Below, piece by piece: positions 46,742-55,823 of a stretch of DNA of 64,000 nt (position 1 is the first letter of the stretch; every line of letters begins with the position of its first letter). Both the position numbers and the translations under genes were made by a program. Source of the DNA: an uncultured archaeon. GTDB lineage: Archaea; Asgardarchaeota; Lokiarchaeia; Sigyniarchaeales; SOKP01. Under the pieces are notes generated by a model. It was not told the origin of the DNA. It did not search any database and saw only the letters and a program-made list of their open reading frames with translations. Location: contig CAYUTF010000006.1 of assembly GCA_964447495.1 (NCBI GenBank), forward strand, positions 1,156 through 65,155. Reading direction: 5' to 3'.

Positions 46742-47395
46742 TTAATCATTTACGACTACTTTCTTTTTAATTATTTTTCTTAGCATTACAGATAATGCTG
46801 ATTTTGATTTACCTAAATGATTCGCTAATTCTTCTAAAGAAATTAACCGTGGAATTTCAAAAAATCCTTGTTCTATTGCCGCTTCTAAAACTTTAGATTC
46901 ATCTAATGTTAAGCGTTCTTTCTCTTCATCTAAAATGTAGGGAGAAGTACCGATTCTCAATAATTCATAATTGATTTTTCTTTGCTCAAAAATTGTTAAT
47001 AACTTATCTATATTCTCTCTACTAGAAATGAGCCGCCAGTAAGCAAATCCATTGCGGACATGAACAGGAAATTTAACAAGCACGCCACATTTAATTAAAG
47101 CATATAATAGATAAGGATCTTTAGTTTTTATGTTAAACCTTACTTTATTCTCTTCTTGCTTCAAAAGCGTAAAATCATGAACAGAGGGATGAGTTCTTAC
47201 AGAATTTATCACATCTTTAATATGATAATCTTGAATTTCAATAATGGAATTCCCGATAGATTTTTCTAAATCAAAGGGTAGAAAATACTCAATTTCCATC
47301 TTAATATTAGGAAATTTATCAAATATCTCAGAAATCCAAATTTGTTCTGGAAATTTTACTTTTATTCTTGCCAAACTTGCTTTCCGTGAGACCAT
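46742..47395 (-). CDS. HTH_10 (bacterio-opsin activator-type) transcriptional regulator
   Basis: The C-terminus is LTLDESKVLEAAIEQGFFEIPRLISLEELANHLGKSKSALSVMLRKIIKK. Confidence 0.65.
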   Translation of the reverse strand: MVSRKASLARIKVKFPEQIWISEIFDKFPNIKMEIEYFLPFDLEKSIGNSIIEIQDYHIKDVINSVRTHPSVHDFTLLKQEENKVRFNIKTKDPYLLYALIKCGVLVKFPVHVRNGFAYWRLISSRENIDKLLTIFEQRKINYELLRIGTSPYILDEEKERLTLDESKVLEAAIEQGFFEIPRLISLEELANHLGKSKSALSVMLRKIIKKKVVVND

Positions 47396-47480
47396 CTAAT
47401 TTAGTAGTGATAAGCAGTATAAATTTTTTTTCTGTAATTTAAATAATTAATAATATATAGCTCTAGAAATTTGTATTATT

Positions 47481-48080
47481 ATGGTCGAGAACAAAAATTT
47501 ATTATTAGGTATCTGTGGAAGTCCTAGGAAGCAAGGAACGGAATTTGCAGTGCAATATGCTCTAGATTATGCTCGTGAAAAATTCAATTTTGAGACTGAT
47601 TTTTGGACGGTAAGGGGGAAGAAAATCAATTTTTGTATACATTGCGATTATTGTGTTAATGAGAAAAAAGGATGTATTCATAAGGACGATATGCTTGAAC
47701 TATATCCTAAATTAGAGAATGCTAAATTTTTATTGTTTGGAACGCCGGTGTTCCAAGGGAATCTTTCGGGCCAATTGAAAACAATCATGGATCGGTGCAG
47801 AGCTTTAGTTGCAAAAAATCCGCAGGTATTTAAAGGAAAGTTTGCCGCTGCTCTTGCTGTAGGAGGCGACCGAAATGGAGGACAAGAAATTGCAATACGC
47901 ACAATTCTCGACTTTTATCAGCAAAATCACATATTTTCTATATCAGGAGGTGCATTTGGAGCAAATTTGGGCGCAAGTTTATGGAGTAAGGATATTGGTA
48001 AAGATGGTGTTGAGAATGATGAAGAAGGTTTAAGAGCGATAAGAAAAATAATAAAACGATTAGCAGAGCTTAAAAAATAA
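47481..48080 (+). CDS. iron-sulfur flavoprotein (Isf; NADPH-dependent FMN reductase fold)
   Basis: GICGSPRK is present, with the compact Cys motif CIHCDYCVNEKKGC (C-x2-C-x2-C-x6-C) and LAVGGDRNGGQE. Confidence 0.8.
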   Translation: MVENKNLLLGICGSPRKQGTEFAVQYALDYAREKFNFETDFWTVRGKKINFCIHCDYCVNEKKGCIHKDDMLELYPKLENAKFLLFGTPVFQGNLSGQLKTIMDRCRALVAKNPQVFKGKFAAALAVGGDRNGGQEIAIRTILDFYQQNHIFSISGGAFGANLGASLWSKDIGKDGVENDEEGLRAIRKIIKRLAELKK

Positions 48081-48107
48081 ACAAAAAAGAAAAATACGAT
48101 TTTAAAC

Positions 48108-48431
48108 TTATTTTACACCAAAAATTTTCTTCGCTTCCTTTTCGCGGAGCCCGGAGATCCCCCACAATTCCTTGAACCAATACTTTCCTTTATACATTAC
48201 GACTGGTGTGTTGACAACACATCCATCCGCATCACAATAATTTTTTAAGAAATTCTCATCATGGAGTAATTGATGCACAAATTCCTCGTCATTAATATCT
48301 TTTTCAACAAATTTTACTTCGTGTTTGTCTAACCAAGTCTTTAACTCATGGCAGTGCGAGCAGCCTTCTTTTGTAATGAGTATTGGGAGATTAATTTCTG
48401 ACATAATATTATTATTAAGACTGTAAGACAT
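48108..48431 (-). CDS. glutaredoxin/NrdH-like thioredoxin-fold protein
   Basis: ILITKEGCSHCHELKTWLDKHEVKFVEKDIN is present, with a CxxC motif. Confidence 0.65.
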   Translation of the reverse strand: MSYSLNNNIMSEINLPILITKEGCSHCHELKTWLDKHEVKFVEKDINDEEFVHQLLHDENFLKNYCDADGCVVNTPVVMYKGKYWFKELWGISGLREKEAKKIFGVK

Positions 48432-48573
48432 AAAAAATTTTTATCTTCTAAATTATAAATTTAATAATGAAACAGTGATTCTAAGTTGAATTATTTATAA
48501 TTACGTTAATTCCGTATTGCGAAGGATTTTAATAGAGAAGAAGTAATTTAATTAAATAAACTGAATATGTAAT

Positions 48574-49617
48574 TTAAATAAGTTGTTTTATTAACCACCG
48601 TAATGCATTAATTAATTTTTCGTCTTCGCTTAACACATTTATAGAAAAAAATTGTATGGGCATTCCGCATTTTTCTAATTCATTGATATCAAAGTTTTTA
48701 TATATGAAATCAGAACTTATTTCTTCCTTATCATGGAACTTGTTTCCAATAATCATGATGGGCATATATTCTCCTTTATCTAAACATCTATTTAAAACAA
48801 GCTGAAACATATCTATAGTATCATTTACACTGGTTTTATCTGTTGCGTTAAAGATTAAAATAAACGCTTCTGCATTATCCATGCAATAGTCATAAAATTT
48901 TTTCTGTGTTCCTTCATACTCATCATCAATACATTCATAAGTTAAAATCTCAATGTTGTCAATTATAAAATCATAGACTTTATTAACGAGATTCCTCTTT
49001 GCTTCATTCTCTTTATAGTGAAGAAATTGTATTACTTCTAAGTTTTTTAATAATGTTGTTTTGCCTGAATTCCTCGGTCCAAAGATATAGACTTTTTTCA
49101 AGTCTCCTTTACCTAAAATAGGTGCTGCAACGTTGATTTTTGGGCTAATATTCATGTAATATTTATTAAAAATATCTAAGAATTGCTTTTTGAAACGCTT
49201 TGATGCCATCTTTAAGGGATTTTTTTTAAGAGAACCCTCTTTTTGATTATGGATTAGTTTGGTTAACTCCTTATGTGTTTTTAATTCAGCAGCAAAATCT
49301 TCTAATTCTTTTGATTTTGATAATAAATAATTGTAAATATCCGTAATTTCGTCTTTATAATAGGCGGCACGGATCATATAGGTTATCATGAGTACCTCCT
49401 TCCCTCCACGGGCTATTTCTGATTCTATGTAAAAGATATGGTTAATCGTTTGATATTTTCGATAGGCAAAAATGAAGGTGCCTTCTTCCTCTTGAAATTC
49501 AAGAATTCTTCCTAAATCTGGATGTTCATTAGCAACCAGAGGAGTAGTGCAATAAAGGATATTAGGTCCTATGATACTATCGAAATAACTTAAACAAAGA
49601 ATAGATTCATTTGGCAT
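48574..49617 (-). CDS. divergent small-GTPase-like P-loop domain with ~160-aa N-terminal alpha/beta extension
   Basis: The G1 motif is GPRNSGKT. The G4-like motif is IIGNKFHD (NKxD with one extra residue). I found no clean DxxG. The N-terminal domain pattern resembles longin/roadblock-type folds. Confidence 0.5.
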   Translation of the reverse strand: MPNESILCLSYFDSIIGPNILYCTTPLVANEHPDLGRILEFQEEEGTFIFAYRKYQTINHIFYIESEIARGGKEVLMITYMIRAAYYKDEITDIYNYLLSKSKELEDFAAELKTHKELTKLIHNQKEGSLKKNPLKMASKRFKKQFLDIFNKYYMNISPKINVAAPILGKGDLKKVYIFGPRNSGKTTLLKNLEVIQFLHYKENEAKRNLVNKVYDFIIDNIEILTYECIDDEYEGTQKKFYDYCMDNAEAFILIFNATDKTSVNDTIDMFQLVLNRCLDKGEYMPIMIIGNKFHDKEEISSDFIYKNFDINELEKCGMPIQFFSINVLSEDEKLINALRWLIKQLI

Positions 49618-49833
49618 TTTATATTTGAAAGCGTTAATTTTTCTCTATTTTATATAAAAGAAATTCATAGTTTTATATTAAACTATAAAATCAAGAAAAT
49701 AATTTTATAAACAAAATTAATCTACCCTTTTGAAAGTATATTCTAATTTTTATTATTATTTTCTTTACGTTTTTCTATTTATGTAATAATTTATAAAAAA
49801 CAAATTTTAATTTGCTTAACTTCTCTCAATCAT

Positions 49834-50283
49834 ATGGATTCTACTACTCAAAATGAAATCTTCAACAATGCAATTAAAAAATTATTTCATGGTGAAATTA
49901 TGGAAAGAGTTTCCGCAGCGAAACAACTTGGATCTATAAAAGATGGGAGAGCCACAAATCTTTTAGTAAAAGCATTAAATTCTGAAAAAGATGATATTGT
50001 TATTAATCGAATTATTGAAGCAATGGGTGATATAAAAGATCCTAAAGCCACATTATCGATAATTGATCTCTTAAAAGTTGAGGTTCAAAAGCCTGAGGAG
50101 GAGCAAGATAAGAGCAGAATATTCTTAATTATCGAGAGTCTGATGAAGATAGGGGATAAAAGAGCCTTGACACATCTGGGCATTTTATTAAATTCATGCT
50201 ATAGTGATATTCGAAAACTTACAGAAGAAGCATTTGAGTGTATTGATCCAAATTGGAAAGATAATATTAAAAAAACAATTTAA
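49834..50283 (+). CDS. HEAT/PBS-lyase-type repeat protein
   Basis: The repeat pattern is RVSAAKQLGSIKDGRATNLLVKALNSEKDDIVINRIIEAMGDIKDPKA. Confidence 0.6.
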   Translation: MDSTTQNEIFNNAIKKLFHGEIMERVSAAKQLGSIKDGRATNLLVKALNSEKDDIVINRIIEAMGDIKDPKATLSIIDLLKVEVQKPEEEQDKSRIFLIIESLMKIGDKRALTHLGILLNSCYSDIRKLTEEAFECIDPNWKDNIKKTI

Positions 50284-50318
50284 TCTAAATATATTATAAA
50301 TTTAATTAAGGAGAAAAA

Positions 50319-50645
50319 GTGAATAAAATGTTTCCAGAATTTATGAATGAATTATTTGAGGAAGTTGAGGGCAAAAAAAATAAACAAGACGTATCAATAT
50401 TCACATTATCTAGTTGTATGTGGTGCAAGAAATGCAAAGCATATCTTAAAGAGAAGAATGTTAAGTATAAATATATAGACGTTGATAATATTACTGTAGA
50501 CCAGAAGTCAAAGATATTAGAATATTTACGAGAAAATTACAAACCTGACAGAATTGCCTATCCTTTTTTAGTATGTGATGATAAATTTGTCGTGGGATAT
50601 GACCCAAACAAATATGAAGAATTAATTAAATCGGAGGAGAAATAA
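50319..50645 (+). CDS. glutaredoxin-like protein with CxxCxxC motif
   Basis: FTLSSCMWCKKCKAYLKEKNVKYKYIDVD is present. The GTG start follows AAGGAG. The stop is 1 nt before the FTR-like gene start. Confidence 0.6.
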   Translation: MNKMFPEFMNELFEEVEGKKNKQDVSIFTLSSCMWCKKCKAYLKEKNVKYKYIDVDNITVDQKSKILEYLRENYKPDRIAYPFLVCDDKFVVGYDPNKYEELIKSEEK

Positions 50646-50646
50646 A

Positions 50647-51024
50647 GTGGATTTGAAAACAAAAGAAGGTATGAAGAAGTATGTTGAACAAGTAAGTAAA
50701 AAGAATAACTGGATTCTGAATATGGATAGCAATACATTCAATGATTTGATTGATGGGTTAGTCGAGAATTTTCAGAAATATGGATATCAATCCTGTCCTT
50801 GCCGCTTAGCGTCAGGAAAGAGAGAGTTAGATAGAGATCTAATATGTCCCTGTGATTATGCTCCATTAGACGTGAAAGAACATGGAGCTTGTTATTGTAA
50901 TTTATATATGCGCGAGAACTTTTATGAGACAATTAAAAAAGATTACATCGTTGTTCCTGAACGTAGACCTATTGAAAAAGAAAAAGCCGTATTGGCTTAT
51001 TTTAATGAGCAAAATTCGCGCTAA
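50647..51024 (+). CDS. ferredoxin:thioredoxin reductase catalytic-subunit-like protein (FTRc family)
   Basis: CPC-x14-CPC-x12-CYC is present (SCPCRLASGKRELDRDLICPCDYAPLDVKEHGACYCNLY). Confidence 0.7.
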   Translation: MDLKTKEGMKKYVEQVSKKNNWILNMDSNTFNDLIDGLVENFQKYGYQSCPCRLASGKRELDRDLICPCDYAPLDVKEHGACYCNLYMRENFYETIKKDYIVVPERRPIEKEKAVLAYFNEQNSR

Positions 51025-51124
51025 AAGTATTAAAAAATCTCTTTTTTTATCTATATTAACAAACTTTTACTTTCAATTTTTTATAAATATAAGGCTTAAA
51101 TATTTCTTTTACACTATTAATAAT

Positions 51125-51280
51125 ATGCCAGATAAGGAAATTTCTGATGATGAGTTAGAAGACGAACTAGATAAAGCATTGAAAGCAAATGAAGCTAAAA
51201 AAGATCATTGCGGTACAGCACTCCCCACTAATAGAGAAGTAGGAATACAAAGAACCGATGTAAAAATTAAGAAGAAATAA
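51125..51280 (+). CDS. small hypothetical protein (51 aa, acidic N-terminus, basic C-terminus)
   Basis: The ATG lies about 25-35 nt downstream of the TTTATAAATATA TATA-like element. This is the distal part of track ORF 50882..51280, whose upstream part overlaps the FTR-like gene out of frame. Confidence 0.25.
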   Translation: MPDKEISDDELEDELDKALKANEAKKDHCGTALPTNREVGIQRTDVKIKKK

Positions 51281-51536
51281 TGATCTTTTTTTACTTTTAA
51301 TTTTTTTCATTCTATTATAGTAAATTTTGTAATAGGCCCTATTTCATTAAATTCTGATGGTTCCATTCTTAACTCTTCTACGGTTAATTTATTAAAAATA
51401 GAAGCAGCAAATATTTGTTAATATTAGATAAATAGTGGTTAAATATATAAAAAATATATTTATGAAATTTAGAAAATATAATTTTATTAAAACCAAAAAC
51501 ATGTTTTATTAGGTTATTTCAATTTCATTTTTATGA

Positions 51537-52529
51537 GTGGTTTATATGAAGGAACGATTTAAAGGTAGAAAAAATTATCCAACAGACGAAGTGGATTCTG
51601 AGAATTTTCTTAGTGATGATGAGGTAAAAAAATTAGCTAATAAAAAAGAGAAGTTTACTTTTCATCCTAATGATTATTATAAGCTCTATAATTGCGTTCA
51701 TTGCGGAGAGTGTGAATCTGAAGAAGAGAGATTTCTTTTAAAACAAAAATTTATCGAAGACGGGAACACGTTTGATGGTAAAGAAGAAATGGTGGAATAT
51801 TTTAAGAAATACCGGTCACCTTATCCAACCAATGAAATGCGTATAAGAAAGCCGAATAATATCCCAGAATCCTCAGATACACTATTTTTTATGGGATGTT
51901 TATCAACAATTCGTATCCCCAGATATACCGAACATGCGCTAAAATTTCTTCTTAAGGAAAATGTAAATTTTACAATTTTGAGTAAAGAAATATGCTGTGG
52001 ATGGCACTTATTAGCAAGTGGACTAAAAAATGAATTTGAAGTGTGTAAAAAAGAAAATATAGAAATCTTCCAAAAATATAAAAAAATCATTTGTCTTTGT
52101 CCCGCCTGTTATTATTTATTTAATGTAGTATATAGACCTGAACTAGATGAGCATATTAAAGTTGAATATATTGCTACTTATTTAAAACCAGCATCAGAAA
52201 TGAGAAAAGGGAGCGTAGCAGTTCAGCATCTCTGTCAACTTATGAATAGAGGGAAAGAAGGTGTAGATAGATTTGTCAATAACATTCTTGAAAAAAGTGG
52301 ATATAATGTTGTTGATGTCCCTCATTGGTGTTGCGGGGGAGGAACCGGATGGATGGGAAGAACGGATGTTATAGAGGCAATTGCTCGTAAAAGAATGACT
52401 GATTTTGATAATGCTCAAGTAGATTATGCTACAACCTATTGCCCATCATGCTGGTGGATTCTACAAAGATTCAGTAAGATTTGTAAAATTCAACCGCAAG
52501 CTAAGGATTTATTTGAACTACTTTTATAG
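51537..52529 (+). CDS. HdrB/HdrD-like protein with two CCG domains
   Basis: There are two C-x31-39-CC-x35-36-C-x2-C units (GC...EICCG...CPAC and LC...HWCCGG...CPSC). The N-terminal motif is CVHCGEC. Confidence 0.7.
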   Translation: MVYMKERFKGRKNYPTDEVDSENFLSDDEVKKLANKKEKFTFHPNDYYKLYNCVHCGECESEEERFLLKQKFIEDGNTFDGKEEMVEYFKKYRSPYPTNEMRIRKPNNIPESSDTLFFMGCLSTIRIPRYTEHALKFLLKENVNFTILSKEICCGWHLLASGLKNEFEVCKKENIEIFQKYKKIICLCPACYYLFNVVYRPELDEHIKVEYIATYLKPASEMRKGSVAVQHLCQLMNRGKEGVDRFVNNILEKSGYNVVDVPHWCCGGGTGWMGRTDVIEAIARKRMTDFDNAQVDYATTYCPSCWWILQRFSKICKIQPQAKDLFELLL

Positions 52530-52538
52530 GTTAGAGTA

Positions 52539-53537
52539 ATGAAAGAAGATTACAAATGTCCTTGTCGAGATACTGACCCAGAGCACTTTGTAACGAATGA
52601 AGAGGTCTATAAACTATTAGCTAATAAAAAAAAATTTAAATTTACTCAAGATGATTATTTTAAGCTCTATAATTGCATACATTGTAATGACTGCGGCACT
52701 GCTGAAGAGAGGTTTCTATTAAAAGAGAAATTTTTAAAAGATGGAAATAAAATTGAAGGATTAGATGAAGTTTTAAAAACATTTGAAAAATATAATAGTC
52801 CTTTTATCCAAAATAAGAGTCGAGTTAGACCCATTGAGGGTATATCTTTAGAAAGTACTACATTGCTATATTTAGGCTGTTTTACTACCGTTAAGACGCC
52901 TCGATATGGTGAAAATATAATAAAATACTTATTAAGAGAAAAGATTGATTTTTGTCTATTAGAAGAAGAAATTTGTTGTGGATATCCGATTCTCTGTACG
53001 GGGGAGATAAAAACCTATGAAAAATTTGTAAAAAAAAATCTTGAGTTATTTAAATCTAAAGGGTTTAAAAAAATTATAACAGCCTGTCCAAGTTGCTATA
53101 TGGTTTTCAAAAAACATTATAGTGAGCATGGAATTACGGTAGATTACTTTACAGATTATTTAAGACCCGCAAAACTTAAGAAAAAGGGAAATCTTATTAT
53201 ACAACATGCATGCCCATTGAAAAACGGTGAAATTCCGGGGATAGTAGATAATTTAGAAAGCTTATTTAAGAAAAGTGGGTATAATATATTGGATGCTGTT
53301 CCTAGAGATTGTTGTGGGTTTGGTGTTGGACATCAACTAAGAGTGGATATATCTGAAGCTATCGCAATGAAAAGGATGATAGACTTCAAAGAAGAAGGGG
53401 GTTATATAGAAAAAGTAAAAGATAATGAAAATTTTATTACATCCTACTGTCCAGATGCATATTGGGTATTAAAAGCGTATGGTAGAAAACAGAGAATCCC
53501 ATTTAAGGTTAAAGATATGTGTAATCTCTTAATGTGA
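52539..53537 (+). CDS. HdrB/HdrD-like protein with two CCG domains (tandem paralog)
   Basis: It has the same architecture: CIHCNDC, GC...EICCG...CPSC and AC...RDCCGFG...YCPDAY. Confidence 0.7.
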   Translation: MKEDYKCPCRDTDPEHFVTNEEVYKLLANKKKFKFTQDDYFKLYNCIHCNDCGTAEERFLLKEKFLKDGNKIEGLDEVLKTFEKYNSPFIQNKSRVRPIEGISLESTTLLYLGCFTTVKTPRYGENIIKYLLREKIDFCLLEEEICCGYPILCTGEIKTYEKFVKKNLELFKSKGFKKIITACPSCYMVFKKHYSEHGITVDYFTDYLRPAKLKKKGNLIIQHACPLKNGEIPGIVDNLESLFKKSGYNILDAVPRDCCGFGVGHQLRVDISEAIAMKRMIDFKEEGGYIEKVKDNENFITSYCPDAYWVLKAYGRKQRIPFKVKDMCNLLM

Positions 53538-53682
53538 TAGAAATATTATAGTTTTAAAATCGATTTTTTGAGATATTTATCTTAATATCAAGTTTTCGCT
53601 ATTATTTTTATAATTTAAACGAATAAATATTTTAAGATTAAATAGTAATATACATCTTAGCTTAAACAGTAATGGTGATTTT

Positions 53683-54375
53683 ATGCTATTTTCGGAAAAT
53701 GAATTAAATAATATTAAAAGAGAAATGAGTAAATTAAAAAATAAAGTTATTCTCAAATTATTTACTGATTTTAAAACTCAAGAAGATGGTTCTAAGTTAA
53801 GAAAATGTATGTCATGTGAAGGAACTTATGAATTATTGATATCTTTAGAGGAACTATCTAATGGAAAATTATTAATTGAAGAAGTATCAATAGAAGAAAA
53901 TGCTGATGAAGCAAAAAAGTATAGTGTTTCTAGAATTCCAGCAATTTTATTTGTTGATGACGACGGAAAAGAAATTCTACGTTATTCTGCCTATCCAACA
54001 GGATCTGAATTTGTACCGTTTCTTAATAGTATACAGTACTTTTCTGGTGTAAGACCCTTTTATGCGGATCAGATACTTTCTCATCTTAAAAAGATTGATC
54101 AGTCAAAGATGAAGATTTTTATAACTCCCACATGTCCATATTGTCCTGCAACCGTTCCAGTGTTAACTCTATTCGCCATTGTATCAAAAGGTAAGATTTC
54201 AGCGGAGGTTATAGATGTGAACTTAAATCCAGATATTGCAATGAAATATCAAGTTCAAGGAGTGCCCCATACGGTAATAAATGAAACAGAAAATATTTAT
54301 GGCATGTTTTCTCCTCAGGATTTACTGGATAAACTTACTAAGGGGGAGAGAGATTTTGGGGGAATGTATGCTTAA
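53683..54375 (+). CDS. protein disulfide oxidoreductase (PDO; two thioredoxin-fold units), paralog 1
   Basis: The N-unit has CMSC and the C-unit has CPYC, the length is ~230 aa, and RIPAILFVDDDGKE is present. Confidence 0.75.
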   Translation: MLFSENELNNIKREMSKLKNKVILKLFTDFKTQEDGSKLRKCMSCEGTYELLISLEELSNGKLLIEEVSIEENADEAKKYSVSRIPAILFVDDDGKEILRYSAYPTGSEFVPFLNSIQYFSGVRPFYADQILSHLKKIDQSKMKIFITPTCPYCPATVPVLTLFAIVSKGKISAEVIDVNLNPDIAMKYQVQGVPHTVINETENIYGMFSPQDLLDKLTKGERDFGGMYA

Positions 54376-54396
54376 TTTATTGAGGTGATTTAAACA

Positions 54397-55080
54397 ATGT
54401 CGCAAGATGATAAATATCGAGAGATAATTAAGAGAGAAATGGCTAAATTGACTAAGCCGGTGAAATTGAAAGTATTCACTTCTCTAAGCGCTAAACCAGA
54501 TGGAACTAAGATAAGAGCTTGCATGGATTGCGATCAGTTTATGTCTTTATTAAGAATTTATGAAGAAAATTCTAATGGATTGCTCACAATAAATGAGCTT
54601 TCCATTGAGGAAAATCCAGAATTTGCTAAAAGATATGACATTCAGAGAGTTCCAACAATATTATTTGTAGATGATAATGGGGATGAATTAATTAGATATT
54701 TAGCAGCCCCTCAAGGTGGAGAGATCCAACCGTTTATTCAAGCACTTTTTACTTTTGCAGGATCTCCCAATTATTATGAAGCAACAATAAAGCAAAATCT
54801 AAATAGAATTTCACCATCCACGATAAAAGTTATGATCACAAATTCTTGCCCATATTGCCCTCAAGTAGTCTCAATAAGCAATCAGTTTGCATTGGCTTCG
54901 AACGGAAAAATTAGAACTATAGTCATCGATATTATGGCAAATCCTGATATAGGACAATATTATGATGCCTCTGGTGTACCATATACTATTATTAATGATA
55001 AAAAAACTTTAGTTGGAATGGTAGGTCCGAATGAAATAATTCGAGAGCTTATTGGGGGCAATATCCGGGTACAGTATTGA
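54397..55080 (+). CDS. protein disulfide oxidoreductase (PDO), paralog 2
   Basis: The N-unit has CMDC and the C-unit has CPYC. GGTGAT lies 8 nt upstream of the ATG. Confidence 0.75.
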   Translation: MSQDDKYREIIKREMAKLTKPVKLKVFTSLSAKPDGTKIRACMDCDQFMSLLRIYEENSNGLLTINELSIEENPEFAKRYDIQRVPTILFVDDNGDELIRYLAAPQGGEIQPFIQALFTFAGSPNYYEATIKQNLNRISPSTIKVMITNSCPYCPQVVSISNQFALASNGKIRTIVIDIMANPDIGQYYDASGVPYTIINDKKTLVGMVGPNEIIRELIGGNIRVQY

Positions 55081-55113
55081 TTTAAGTAAATCTTTATTTT
55101 AAAAATAAAAAAA

Positions 55114-55773
55114 GTGAGCAAAATGCCAGCTTCATACATAATTAAGAAAATGTTAAAACAAGAATTAAATAAGCTTCTAAACCCTGTTAGGCTAATGTTA
55201 TTTTTTGATAATAATGATACAATAAAATCCCAAGGAGAAAAAGATAATTTATTAACACTTAAGATGTATGAAGAGTATTCTAATGGGAAGTTAATATTCG
55301 AAAAATACATTATCAATGAAAATAAAGAATTAGCAGAAAAATATCACATTGATAGAGTTCCAACTATTTTGTTTGTTGATGATAAAGGAAATGAACTAAT
55401 TCGCTATCTAGCGATACCAAAAGGTAGTGAAGTAAAACCATTTATTCAAACCATAGTAATACTTTCAGGAGTGAAGAATTATTATAAAGCCGCTATTAGA
55501 GGAATTATTGGAAAGATTGATTCTACTACTTTAAAGGTCATGGTGACAGATTCTTGTGCCTATTGTCCAGAATTAGTCATTATGGCTTCCCAATTTGCAC
55601 TGGCTTCGAAAGGAAAGATTAGAGCCGAAATAATAGATATTATGAAAAATCATGATATTGGTAATAAATATAATACTCAAAGTGTTCCTTATATTGTTAT
55701 AAACGATAGGAATCCTATAGTAGGTTTATATCACCCTAATGATTTATTGGAGGAAATTCTTAAAGAAAATTAA
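55114..55773 (+). CDS. protein disulfide oxidoreductase (PDO) paralog 3, N-terminal CxxC lost
   Basis: It is colinear with paralogs 1 and 2. The C-unit CAYC is retained, but the N-unit position reads KSQGEKDNLL with no Cys. Confidence 0.7.
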   Translation: MSKMPASYIIKKMLKQELNKLLNPVRLMLFFDNNDTIKSQGEKDNLLTLKMYEEYSNGKLIFEKYIINENKELAEKYHIDRVPTILFVDDKGNELIRYLAIPKGSEVKPFIQTIVILSGVKNYYKAAIRGIIGKIDSTTLKVMVTDSCAYCPELVIMASQFALASKGKIRAEIIDIMKNHDIGNKYNTQSVPYIVINDRNPIVGLYHPNDLLEEILKEN

Positions 55774-55823
55774 TTTAGATATATTATTAAGTGAAAATTA
55801 TATAAAAAAATCAAGAGAGAATT

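Noticed and set aside
50882-51124. Upstream two-thirds of track ORF 50882..51280.
   Set aside because: It overlaps the FTR-like gene out of frame and then reads through AT-rich intergenic DNA (FYFQFFINIRLKYFFYTINN). Only the distal ATG-51125 part is kept, as a low-confidence small ORF.
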